Source of the DNA: Macrostomum hystrix
Lineage: Eukaryota > Animalia > Platyhelminthes
DNA length: 64,000 nt
Assembly (NCBI GenBank): GCA_950097015.1
Contig: CATNEN010000038.1
Location: 3,410,001-3,474,000, forward strand
Direction of reading: 5' to 3'
Part shown: positions 12,001-26,073 of the stretch, piece by piece
How the letters are laid out: every line of letters begins with the position of its first letter
Position numbering within the stretch: the stretch's first letter is position 1
The notes under the pieces: model-generated
Databases searched by the model: none
The model's input: only the letters and a program-made list of their open reading frames with translations
Told to the model about the DNA's origin: nothing
Position numbers and translations under genes: made by a program

Positions 12001-15000
12001 TGACCTATAGGCCCGAGGTTCGAATCCCTGAGCAATGCACTAACTTCAGGATCCAGCTGTTACAGCAGTTAACCCAGCTGTAAAATGGGTGTCAGCTTCA
12101 GTTGGGACAGAAAGAGAGGGTGTGACGGCTTCGCCAGTCCACGGACTGAACACTTGTACACAGAAGTTTGCTATTCTATCAATCTATTTAACACTTCAGT
12201 TACACCTAATGGCATACTGTTAACTTAATGAGTACGACAAATTAACTTATTTGCATAATATTGACTTGTTAAAAACATGTTAAGTAAATAAACAAACAAA
12301 TTGGGGAGTGAGTGGCACAGCGGTCAACGCATTTGCCTCTTGTACCAAGGTCCTGAGCTCGATTCCTCGGCGAGGCCACATTCATTTGAGGCGCAGCCGC
12401 AGAGAGAAGGTCTTGCCGCGCAATTATACGCCCTTAAGGGCTAACCTCCAGATAACAGTGAGTGTACACTGCCTGACAATGAGAGAGTCAGGGCAGATGT
12501 ACACACCTGTGCACGGGTGTGCTCAGGTTGGCTAAACTCAGGGCAGATGTACACACCTGTGCACAAGTGTGCTCAGGTTGGCTAAACTCAGGGCAGATGC
12601 ACACACCTGTGCACGGGTGTGCTCAGGTTGGCTAAACTCAGGGCAGATGTACACACCTGTGCACGGGTGTGCTCAGGTTGGCTAAACTCAGGGCAGATGC
12701 ACACACCTGTGCACGGGTGTGCTCAGGTTGGCTAAACTCAGGGCAGATGTACACACCTGTGCACGGGTGTGCTCAGGTTGGCTAAACTCAGGGCAGATGT
12801 ACACACCTGTGCACGGGTGTGCTCAGGTTGGCTAAACTCAGGGCAGATGTACACACCTGTGCACGGGTGTGCTCAGGAGTAAACGGAATGGGCAGAATAG
12901 CCTCGTCGTTGGCTGCGGGTCGACTGTCATCAAATGATGTGCCAGTGCCAACAGCCCTCCTGCAAAATGTACTCAAATTATAACTAAACCAATAAATGAG
13001 CACACTGACTGTAAAAGTTAGTTATAAAAACATTAAAAATTGATGTTTACAAACAACAAAATCTAGCAATCTACTTATTTGGACAATAAAGCTGCATGAT
13101 GAACTGACTTGTTGAGAAGCGACTCACTGATTAAATTGTCGTGCAGTTCAGTTAGGCTACACTGGGCAGCGCCTGTGAAGAAAATCAGCTAATTAATGAG
13201 GCAGGTGCCACGGTGATGCAATTTGCGCTAGCGCCAATAACTGAACAAAAATCAGAACATTCAGTGCACAAATTAACTCTTTCCGTGCAAAAGTACACCT
13301 AACACTGCCTATGCTTCACGGGATCACCACATAGAATACTTCAGGAATCACCGCTGCCTGCAACCTGAAATGCTTCAGGAATCACCGCTGCCTGCAACCC
13401 GAAATGCTTCAGGAATCACCGCTGCCTGCAACCCGAAATGCTTCAGGAATCACCGCTGCCTGCAACCCGAAATGCTTCAGGAATCACCGCTGCCTGCAAC
13501 CCGAAATACTTCAGGAATCACCGCTGCCTGCAACCTGAAATGCTTCAGGAATCACCGCTGCCTGCAACCCGAAATGCTTCAGGAATCACCGCTGCCTGCA
13601 ACCCGAAATGCTTCAGGAATCACCGCTGCCTGCAACCCGAAATACTTCAGGAATCACCGCTGCCTGCAACCTGAAATGCTTCAGGAATCACCGCTGCCTG
13701 CAACCCGAAATGCTTCAGGAATCACCGCTGCCTGCAACCCGAAATGCTTCAGGAATCACCGCTGCCTGCAACCCGAAATACTTCAGGAATCACCGCTGCC
13801 TGCAACCCGAAATGCTTCAGGAATCACCGCTGCCTGCAACCCGAAATGCTTCAGGTCAGGAATCACCGCTGCCTGCAACCCGAAATGCTTCAGGTCAGGA
13901 ATCACCGCTGCCTGCAACCCGAAATGCTTCAGGTCAGGAATCACCGCTGCCTGCAACCCGAAATACTTCAGGAATCACCGCTGCCTCCAACCCGAAATGC
14001 TTCAGGAATCACCGCTGCCTGCAACCCGAAATACTTCAGGAATCACCGCTGCCTCCAACCCGAAATGCTTCAGGAATCACCGCTGCCTGCAACCCGAAAT
14101 GCTTCAGGAATCACCGCTGCCTGCAACCCGAAATGCTTCAGGAATCACCGCTGCCTGCAACCCGAAATGCTTCAGGAATCACCGCTGCCTGCAACCCGAA
14201 ATACTTCAGGAATCACCGCTGCCTGCAACCCGAAATACTTCAGGAATCACCGCTGCCTGCAACCCGAAATGCTTCAGGAATCACCGCTGCCTGCAACCCG
14301 AAATACTTCAGGAATCACCGCTGCCTGCAACCCGAAATACTTCAGGAATCACCGCTGCCTGCAACCCGAAATGCTTCAGGAATCACCGCTGCCTGCAACC
14401 CGAAATGGTTCTGTGGGGTCGCAAACCCAACTCGGAATAATCAAAATCTTTCAGTGGAACCAAAGCCGCAGTGCCAACCCCAATCTGTGCAGTTGTTATC
14501 AAAGCGACCAGGCCACACCATACACTAGTAGCTAGGTCTGTTAGAAAAGCTCAGAAAAGAAAGTAAAATAGTAGAATATTTTTAAGTTTGAAGTTAAAAT
14601 GATTACTTTAGTAGGCAGGCTGTTTGGCATTATAAAGGACCATAGACTAGCTTGATTAGCACAAAGATTCAGAGCTCAGAATAACAAAAGTACAATAGTT
14701 TTAGTTCACAATGTATAAATAGAAAACTTTCAAGGAAACTCATTTTCATTGCTAAAAAATGAGTTCACCGTCATTCACCTAGAAATAGGTCGACATCACG
14801 GGCTGAAATTTAAACAAATAAATGTTTCTTCCTAATTAAACATTGCATAACATGTTTAAAAGGCCATTACTTCGAAGTATAAGCCAGCGCTTAATTATCG
14901 AGTGGTCAATTGGAATTGCTAAAACTCCGCCCAGTCGTAGGTCCCATCGCAACTGCATCATCTCTCCTGACTCATGTCTCCTGACTCATCTATCATGTCT

Positions 15001-18000
15001 CATGTCTCCTGACTCATCTATCATGTCTCATGTCTCCTGACTCATTTATCATGTGTCATGTCTCCTGACTCATCTATCATGTGTCATGTCTCCTGACTCA
15101 TCTATCATGTGTCATGTCTCCTGACTCATTTATCATGTGTCATGTCTCCTGACTCATCTATCATGTCCCATGTCTCCTGACTCATCTATCATGTCTCATG
15201 TCTCCTGACTTATCTATCATGTGTCATGTCTCCTGACTCATCTATCATGTGTCATGTCTCCTGACTCAACTATCATGTCTCATGTCTCCTGACTCATCTA
15301 TCATGTGTCATGTCTCCTGACTCATCTATCATGTGTCATGTCTCCTGACTCATTTATCATGTGTCATGTCTCCTGACTCATCTATCATGTCTCATGTCTC
15401 CTGACTCATCTATCATGTGTCATGTCTCCTGACTCATCTATCATGTGTCATGTCTCCTGACTCATTTATCATGTGTCATGTCTCCTGACTCATCTATCAT
15501 GTCTCATGTCTCCTGACTCATCTATCATGTGTCATGTCTCCTGACTCATCTATCATGTCTCATGTCTCCTGACTCATCTATCATGTGTCATGTCTCCTGA
15601 CTCATCTATCATGTCCCATGTCTCCTGACTCATCTATCATGTGTCATGTCTCCTGACTCATCTATCATGTGTAATGTCTCCTGACTCATTTATCATGTGT
15701 CATGTCTCCTGACTCATCTATCATGTCTCATGTCTCCTGACTCATTTATCATGTGTCATGTCTCCTGACTCATCTATCATGTGTCATGTCTCCTGACTCA
15801 TCTATCATGTGTCATGTCTCCTGGCTCATCTATCATGTGTCATGTCTCCTGACTCATCTATCATGTCTCATGTCTCCTGACTCATCTATCATGTCTCATG
15901 TCTCCTGACTCATCTATCATGTGTCATGTCTCCTGACTCAACTATCATGTCTCATGTCTCCTGACTCATCTATCATGTCTCATGTCTCCTGACTCATTTA
16001 TCATGTGTCATGTCTCCTGACTCATCTATCATGTGTCATGTCTCCTGACTCATCTATCATGTGTCATGTCTCCTGACTCATCTATCATGTGTCATGTCTC
16101 CTGACTCATCTATCATGTCTCATGTCTCCTGACTCATCTATCATGTGTCATGTCTCCTGACTCATCTATCATGTGTCATGTCTCCTAACTCATGTATCAT
16201 GTCTCATGTCTCCTGACTCATCTATCATGTCTCATGTCTCCTGACTCATCTATCATGTGTCATGTCTCCTGACTCAACTATCATGTGTCATGTCTCCTGA
16301 CTCATCTATCATGTCTCATGTCTCCTGACTCTTCTATCATGTCTCGTCCCTCCAGTGTGTCTTATCTCACCCTTGTCTTTTCTCTCCCGTCTCTCTCCAG
16401 TGCAGCATCTCACCCAGTCTCATCTCCCCCATATCTCATCTCACCCGTTTGTTTCTCATCATCTCACCCGTGTCTCATCTCTCTACTGGCCGCCCCGCAG
16501 ATTACTTTAGCCAGCATTAAATATTGATTCGCAACGCTGGCAAAAAAACACATGCACAGGAAATTTAGTTGAGCAAAAAGAATTAAAATGCGTAATCAAT
16601 TGTGAAATCTTGCATTGTGAATTTTGACAATGAAATGCGCTTTAATAAACAAGTCCTGTATGTATAATCTCACGGAAGCAACAAATAGAAACAATTAGCA
16701 AACTCCTAACCAGCGACCAACCTCAATGCAACGCTGAGCACGCACAACCATGATTATATCATTTAAGCAACAATATAACAAAGCATACGAACACGATAGC
16801 TCAATAAATTTATCCCATATCGATTCATAACGCGTTTGACTAACTAAATTTATTCCAGCCAAAATCTATATACTGACTAAACAATAGGACAATAATCTCA
16901 AACTGAATGATAATTAGCTAGATAACACATCCTCAAACTATTGGACAATTACCTAGATAACACATCCTCTAACTATTGGATAATTACCTAGATAACACAT
17001 CCTCTAACTATTGGATAATTACCTAGATAACACATCCTGAAACTATTGGATAATTACCTAGATAACACATCCTCAAACTATTGGACAATTACCTAGATAA
17101 CACATCCTCAAACTATTGGATAATTACCTAGATAACACATCCTCTAACTATTGGATAATTACCTAGATAACACATCCTCATACTATTGGATAATTACCTA
17201 GATAACACATCCTCAAACTATTGGATAATTACCTAGATAACACATCCTCTAACTATTGGATAATTACCTAGATAACACATTCTCAAACTATTGGATAATT
17301 ACCTAGATAACACATCCTCAAACTATTGGATAATTACCTAGATAACACATCCTCAAACTATTGGATAATTACCTAGATAACACATCCTGAAACTATTGGA
17401 TAATTACCTAGATAACACATCCTCAAACTATTGGACAATTACCTAGATAACACATCCTCAAACTATTGGATAATTACCTAGATAACACATCCTCTAACTA
17501 TTGGATAATTACCTAGATAACACATCCTCATACTATTGGATAATTACCTAGATAACACATCCTCAAACTATTGGATAATTACCTAGATAACACATCCTCT
17601 AACTATTGGATAATTACCTAGATAACACATTCTCAAACTATTGGATAATTACCTAGATAACACATCCTGAAACTATTGGATAATTACCTAGATAACACAT
17701 CCTCAAACTATTGGACAATTACCTAGATAACACATCCTCAAACTATTGGATAATTACCTAGATAACACATCCTCAAACTATTGGATAATTACCTAGATAA
17801 CACATTCTCAAACTATTGGATAATTACCTAGATAACACATTCTCAAACTATTGGATAATTACCTAGATAACACCTCCTCAAACTATTGGATAATTTCCTA
17901 GATAACACCTCCTCATACTATTGGACAATTACCTAGATAACACATCCTCAAACTATTGGATAATTACCTAGATAACACCTCAAACTATTGGATAATTACC

Positions 18001-21000
18001 TAGATAACACATCCTCAAACTATTGGACAATTACCTAGATAACACATCCTCAAACTATTGGACAATTACCTAGATAACACATTCTCAAACTATTGGCCTA
18101 TTACCTAGATAACACATTCTCAAACTATTGGCCTATTACCTAGATAACACATTCTCAAACTATTGGACAATTACCTAGATAACACATCCTCAAACTATTG
18201 GACAATTACCTAGATAACACATCCTCAAACTATTGTATAATTACCTAGATAACACCTCAAACTATTGGACAATTACCTAGATAACACATCCTCAAACTAT
18301 TGGACAGTTACCTAGATAACACATCCTCAAACTATTGGACAGTTACCTAGATAACACATCCTCAAACTATTGGACAGTTACCTAGATAACACATCCTCAA
18401 ACTATTGGACAATTACCTAGATAACACATCCTCAAACTATTGGATAATTACCTAGATAACACATCCTCAAACTATTGGACAATTACCTAGATAACACATC
18501 CTCAAACTATTGGATAATTACCTAGATAACACATCCTCAAACTATTGGATAATTACCTAGATAACACATCCTCAAACTATTGGATAATTACCTAGATAAC
18601 ATCTCAAACTATTGGACAATTACCTAGATAACACCTCCTCAAACTATTGGACTATTACCTAGATAACACATCCCCAAACTATTGGATAATTACCTAGATA
18701 ACACATCCTCAAACTATTGGATAATTACCTAGATAACACATCCTCAAACTATTGGATAATTACCTAGATAACACATCCTCAAACTATTGGACTATTACCT
18801 AGATAACACATCCCCAAACTATTGGACTATTACCTAGATAACACATTCTCAAACTATTGGCCTATTACCTAGATAACACATTCTCAAACTATTGGACAAT
18901 TACCTAGATAACACATCCTCAAACTGAATGATAATTACCTAGATAACACATTCTCAAACTATTGGCCTATTACCTAGATAACACATTCTCAAACTATTGG
19001 ACAGTTACCTAGATAACACATCCTCAAACTATTGGACAGTTACCTAGATAACACATCCTCAAACTATTGGACAGTTACCTAGATAACACCTCAAACTATT
19101 GGACAATTACCTAGATAACACCTCAAACTATTGGACAATTACCTAGATAACACATTCTCAAACTATTGGACAATTACCTAGATAACACATCCTCAAACTA
19201 TTGGACAATTACCTAGATAACACATCCTCAAACTATTGGACAATTACCTAGATAACACATCCTCAAACTATTGTATAATTACCTAGATAACACCTCAAAC
19301 TATTGGACAATTACCTAGATAACACATCCTCAAACTATTGGACAATTACCTAGATAACACATCCTCAAACTATTGTATAATTACCTAGATAACACCTCAA
19401 ACTATTGGACAATTACCTAGATAACACATTCTCAAACTATTGGACAATTACCTAGATAACACATCCTCAAACTATTGGACAATTACCTAGATAACACATT
19501 CTCAAACTATTGGATAATTACCTAGATAACACATCCTCAAACTATTGGATAATTACCTAGATAACACATCCTGAAACTATTGGATAATTACCTAGATAAC
19601 ACATCCTCAAACTATTGGACAATTACCTAGATAACACATCCTCAAACTATTGGATAATTACCTAGATAACACATCCTCTAACTATTGGATAATTACCTAG
19701 ATAACACATCCTCATACTATTGGATAATTACCTAGATAACACATCCTCAAACTATTGGATAATTACCTAGATAACACATCCTCTAACTATTGGATAATTA
19801 CCTAGATAACACATTCTCAAACTATTGGATAATTACCTAGATAACACATCCTGAAACTATTGGATAATTACCTAGATAACACATCCTCAAACTATTGGAC
19901 AATTACCTAGATAACACATCCTCAAACTATTGGATAATTACCTAGATAACACATCCTCAAACTATTGGATAATTACCTAGATAACACATTCTCAAACTAT
20001 TGGATAATTACCTAGATAACACATTCTCAAACTATTGGATAATTACCTAGATAACACCTCCTCAAACTATTGGATAATTTCCTAGATAACACCTCCTCAT
20101 ACTATTGGACAATTACCTAGATAACACATCCTCAAACTATTGGATAATTACCTAGATAACACCTCAAACTATTGGATAATTACCTAGATAACACATCCTC
20201 AAACTATTGGACAATTACCTAGATAACACATCCTCAAACTATTGGACAATTACCTAGATAACACATTCTCAAACTATTGGCCTATTACCTAGATAACACA
20301 TTCTCAAACTATTGGCCTATTACCTAGATAACACATTCTCAAACTATTGGACAATTACCTAGATAACACATCCTCAAACTATTGGACAATTACCTAGATA
20401 ACACATCCTCAAACTATTGTATAATTACCTAGATAACACCTCAAACTATTGGACAATTACCTAGATAACACATCCTCAAACTATTGGACAGTTACCTAGA
20501 TAACACATCCTCAAACTATTGGACAGTTACCTAGATAACACATCCTCAAACTATTGGACAGTTACCTAGATAACACATCCTCAAACTATTGGACAATTAC
20601 CTAGATAACACATCCTCAAACTATTGGATAATTACCTAGATAACACATCCTCAAACTATTGGACAATTACCTAGATAACACATCCTCAAACTATTGGATA
20701 ATTACCTAGATAACACATCCTCAAACTATTGGATAATTACCTAGATAACACATCCTCAAACTATTGGATAATTACCTAGATAACATCTCAAACTATTGGA
20801 CAATTACCTAGATAACACCTCCTCAAACTATTGGACTATTACCTAGATAACACATCCCCAAACTATTGGATAATTACCTAGATAACACATCCTCAAACTA
20901 TTGGATAATTACCTAGATAACACATCCTCAAACTATTGGATAATTACCTAGATAACACATCCTCAAACTATTGGACTATTACCTAGATAACACATCCCCA

Positions 21001-24000
21001 AACTATTGGACAATTACCTAGATAACACATTCTCAAACTATTGGCCTATTACCTAGATAACACATTCTCAAACTATTGGACAATTACCTAGATAACACAT
21101 CCTCAAACTGAATGATAATTACCTAGATAACACATTCTCAAACTATTGGCCTATTACCTAGATAACACATTCTCAAACTATTGGACAGTTACCTAGATAA
21201 CACATCCTCAAACTATTGGACAGTTACCTAGATAACACATCCTCAAACTATTGGACAGTTACCTAGATAACACCTCAAACTATTGGACAATTACCTAGAT
21301 AACACCTCAAACTATTGGACAATTACCTAGATAACACATTCTCAAACTATTGGACAATTACCTAGATAACACATCCTCAAACTATTGGACAATTACCTAG
21401 ATAACACATCCTCAAACTATTGGACAATTACCTAGATAACACATCCTCAAACTATTGTATAATTACCTAGATAACACCTCAAACTATTGGACAATTACCT
21501 AGATAACACATCCTCAAACTATTGGACAATTACCTAGATAACACATCCTCAAACTATTGTATAATTACCTAGATAACACCTCAAACTATTGGACAATTAC
21601 CTAGATAACACATTCTCAAACTATTGGACAATTACCTAGATAACACATCCTCAAACTATTGGACAATTACCTAGATAACACATTCTCAAACTATTGGATA
21701 ATTACCTAGATAACACCTCAAACTATTGGATAATTACCTAGATAACACATCCTCAAACTATTGGATAATTACCTAGATAACACATCCTCAAACTATTGGA
21801 TAATTACCTAGATAACATCTCAAACTATTGGACAATTACCTAGATAACACCTCCTCAAACTATTGGACTATTACCTAGATAACACATCCCCAAACTATTG
21901 GATAATTACCTAGATAACACATCCTCAAACTATTGGATAATTACCTAGATAACACATCCTCAAACTATTGGATAATTACCTAGATAACACATCCTCAAAC
22001 TATTGGACTATTACCTAGATAACACATCCCCAAACTATTGGACTATTACCTAGATAACACATTCTCAAACTATTGGCCTATTACCTAGATAACACATTCT
22101 CAAACTATTGGACAATTACCTAGATAACACATCCTCAAACTGAATGATAATTACCTAGATAACACATTCTCAAACTATTGGCCTATTACCTAGATAACAC
22201 ATTCTCAAACTATTGGACAGTTACCTAGATAACACATCCTCAAACTATTGGACAGTTACCTAGATAACACATCCTCAAACTATTGGACAGTTACCTAGAT
22301 AACACCTCAAACTATTGGACAATTACCTAGATAACACCTCAAACTATTGGACAATTACCTAGATAACACATTCTCAAACTATTGGACAATTACCTAGATA
22401 ACACATCCTCAAACTATTGGACAATTACCTAGATAACACATCCTCAAACTATTGGACAATTACCTAGATAACACATCCTCAAACTATTGTATAATTACCT
22501 AGATAACACCTCAAACTATTGGACAATTACCTAGATAACACATCCTCAAACTATTGGACAATTACCTAGATAACACATCCTCAAACTATTGTATAATTAC
22601 CTAGATAACACCTCAAACTATTGGACAATTACCTAGATAACACATTCTCAAACTATTGGACAATTACCTAGATAACACATCCTCAAACTATTGGACAATT
22701 ACCTAGATAACACATTCTCAAACTATTGGATAATTACCTAGATAACACCTCAAACTATTGGATAATTACCTAGATAACACATTCTCAAACTATTGGACAA
22801 TTACCTAGATAACACATTCTCAAACTATTGGACAATTACCTAGATAACACCTCAAACAATTGGATAATTACCTAGATAACACATTCTCAAACTTTTGGAC
22901 AATTACCTAGAAAACACATTCTCAAACTATTGGACAATTACCTAGATAACACCTCAAACTATTGGATAATTACCTAGATAATACCTCAAACTATTGGACA
23001 ATTACCTAGATAACACCTCAAACTATTGGACAATTACCTAGATAACACCTCAAACTATTGGACAATTACCTAGATAACACCTCAAACTATTGGATAATTA
23101 CCTAGATAACACCTCAAACTATTGGATAATTACCTAGATAACACATCCTCAAACTATTGGATAATTACCTAGATAACACATCCTCAAACTATTGGACAAT
23201 TACCTAGATAACACATCCTCAAACTATTGGATAATTACCTAGATAACACATCCTCAAACTATTGGATAATTACCTAGATAACACCTCAAACTATTGGATA
23301 ATTACCTAGATAACACATCCTCAAACTATTGGATAATTACCTAGATAACACATCCTCAAACTATTGGATAATTACCTAGATAACATCTCAAACTATTGGA
23401 CAATTACCTAGATAACACCTCCTCAAACTATTGGACAATTACCTAGATAACACCTCCTCAAACTATTGGATAATTACCTAGATAACACCTCAAACTATTG
23501 GATAATTACCTAGATAACACCTCCTCAAACTATTTGAGCAGTTTGAACCTCCTCACACTTAGAGGAGCTAAACAACAGCTCCTCAAATTTTATAGGATAA
23601 CCATCCAGGGAACACATCCTCAAATTATTCGATAATTACCTATGTAATTTATAGGTAATGATAAGGTAAAGAACCTAAAACGAAAATCAATCAAATTTTT
23701 AATCATCCCAAATAGCTGGACCCATTCATAAATTAGACACAAAAAGCTGTGGAATTAAACAAGGTAGAGTCTAAACAAACCTTGGGCCAGGTCAGCTATC
23801 GGAGCAGCGTTGGACACAATGCGACCCTGCAGAATGGTCTCACAGGCCCTAGCTGTAAAACCGTGAATCGAAGCCACAAAATCGTTGAGTCCAGCAGACT
23901 CGTCATCCAGGTAGGCGGAGGCGTTGGCCTCGAGAGATTCCACATCCGCTTGCAGGCTCTCGATTCGGCCGAGCAGAAATTCTGCAACAATTTTTAACAA

Positions 24001-26040
24001 AACAGTTTTCATTTCAACTGCCCAATCAAATTAAACCAGGAATATTATCTAGGCTTAGATTTTTACCTGCCGAGGTTCTGCAACTCATCAGAGCCGGATC
24101 GTCGAAATGCTCCAGTGTCTCGGAAATCTTCTCAACGCCAGACATGCAGGCCTTCTCTGTTGTTATTCAGAGGTGGTGCGGGAAATACTTGACATCACAG
24201 GTGCTATTCGACAAATGTGAGAAAGATAATGCAGAGCAGGGTGAGAAAGACAAGGGGGGATGGTGAGAAAGACAAGGGGGGAGGGTGAGAAAGACAAGGG
24301 GGAGGGTGAGAAAGATAAGGGGGAGTGTGAGAAAGACAAGGGAGAGCAGGGTGAGAAAGACAAGCGAGAGCAGGGTGAGAAAGACTAGGGGGAGCGTGAG
24401 AAAGACAAGGGGTGGGTGAGAAAGACAAGGGGGTAGGAAGGTAAGAAAAGTAGCTGACCAACAATGGCCCGCCGGGAGTCGGCGAACAGTCGCTCAACTC
24501 CGGCCAGCCGGTCGCGCTCGGCCGCCGCAGCCTCCGCCGCCCCGCTTGCCTCGGCCAATCGCTCGCTAACTGAGGCCAGCTGAAGCTCCTGACCGCGGCT
24601 GCGCTCCTCCAGCTGGCGCACCGACTCGGTGTAGGCAAAGTTCTCCTGCGCCAGACGATCGGCCTCGGCCTGGCGAGCCTCCAGCTGGGCGGCCAGGCCG
24701 GCCTTCTCCTCCGACATCGCCGACATCGTGGCTTCTAGCTCCTCGCGGCGTCGTCGAAGATCGTTGATCTCGGCCAGACTCTCGCCGCCGTTGCTACCGC
24801 CGGGCGTGTCTGACATGTCTTGCAGGTCGCGCAGGTGAGCCAGTTGGTTCTTCTGCTCCGCCAAGGAGCGCTTGGCCTCGTCCAGGGACTGCTTGAGGCT
24901 GGAAGTCTCCTTGTTGGTGGCCGCGTTCTGATTGGGAAAGGAAATCAAGACACCGAGGTTTAGCCAGCTATCGAGTGGGAGAAAGGTGGTAGGAAGAGAG
25001 AAAGGGAGGAAAGATCTGGAAGGAAGGGAGGAGGGGTGGGAAGGGGGTAGATGGAAAGGGGGGAGAATGAGGTAGAAGAAAATGAAGAGGGGGAGAATGG
25101 GGTAGAAGGAAATGAAGAGGGGGGAATGGGGTAGAAGGAAAGGAGGAGGGGGAGAATGGGGTAGAAAGAAATGAAGAGGGGGGAGAATGCGGTAGAAGGA
25201 AGGAGGAGGGGGAGAATGGGGTAGAAGGAAATGAAGAGGGGGAGAATGGGGTAGAAGGAAATGAAGAGGGGGGAATGGGGTAGAAGGAAAGGAGGAGGGG
25301 GAGAATGGGGTAGAAAGAAATGAAGAGGGGGGAGAATGCGGTAGAAGGAAGGAGGAGGGGGAGAATGGGGTAGAAGGAAATGAAGAGGGGGAGAATGGGG
25401 TAGAAGGAAAGGAGGAGGGGGAGAATGGGGTAGAAGGAAAGGAGGAGGGGGAGAATGGGGTAGAAGGAAAGGAGGAGGGGGAGAATGGGGTAGAAGGAAA
25501 GGAGGAGGGGGAGAATGGGGTAGAAGGAAAGGAGGAGGGGGAGAATGGGGTAGAAGGAAAGGAAGAGGGAGGAGAATGGGGTAGAAGGAAAGGAAGAGGG
25601 AGGAGACTGGGATTGAAGGAAGGTATATTTCTCACTGGTGCCGAGAATTGCTGGAGAGACTAACCGAATCGTGCTAAATCTCCACTGGCTTACCGAGTTC
25701 CAATGAGTCTTACCTGTTTGAGCAGATTAATATGCTCCTGTCGCAACTGCTGGTACATGCTCTTGAGCTTGTTGTATCGCTCTTCAAAGTCGCCCTTGGA
25801 TTCCACGAGTTTGACGCGCTTTTCCAAGTCCGACAGGCGCTAAAAGAAATTCAAATTCAAATTGATGGCATTTTCATGAAAAAACCTGACAACATGAACA
25901 TTTCAGATAGGGATCAATAACTGCTAACCTCTTCGGCGCGAACTTTGGCGGCGCTGGTCAAGTCCAATGCCGACTGCAGTTCTTGAATCCTGCGATTTAG
26001 TGCTGCTATCTGGCTTTTGTACTGCAAATTGACAACACAG

Positions 26041-26073
<33 letters not shown>

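Noticed and set aside
13296-14955. Twister-ribozyme-like fragments (CCTAACACTGCC at ~13298; AACTCCGCC..GGTCCCA at ~14922)
   Set aside because: The downstream pseudoknot partners and the closing P1 strand are absent.
16722-16733. Possible 12-nt HIP1 microexon (ctcag|CGTTGCATTGAG|gttggt)
   Set aside because: The donor is weak and there is an in-frame TGA in phase 1. No further support.
16890-23530. CRISPR-like periodicity in this and other arrays
   Set aside because: Units are head-to-tail with no unique spacers, the context is eukaryotic, and no cas genes are present.
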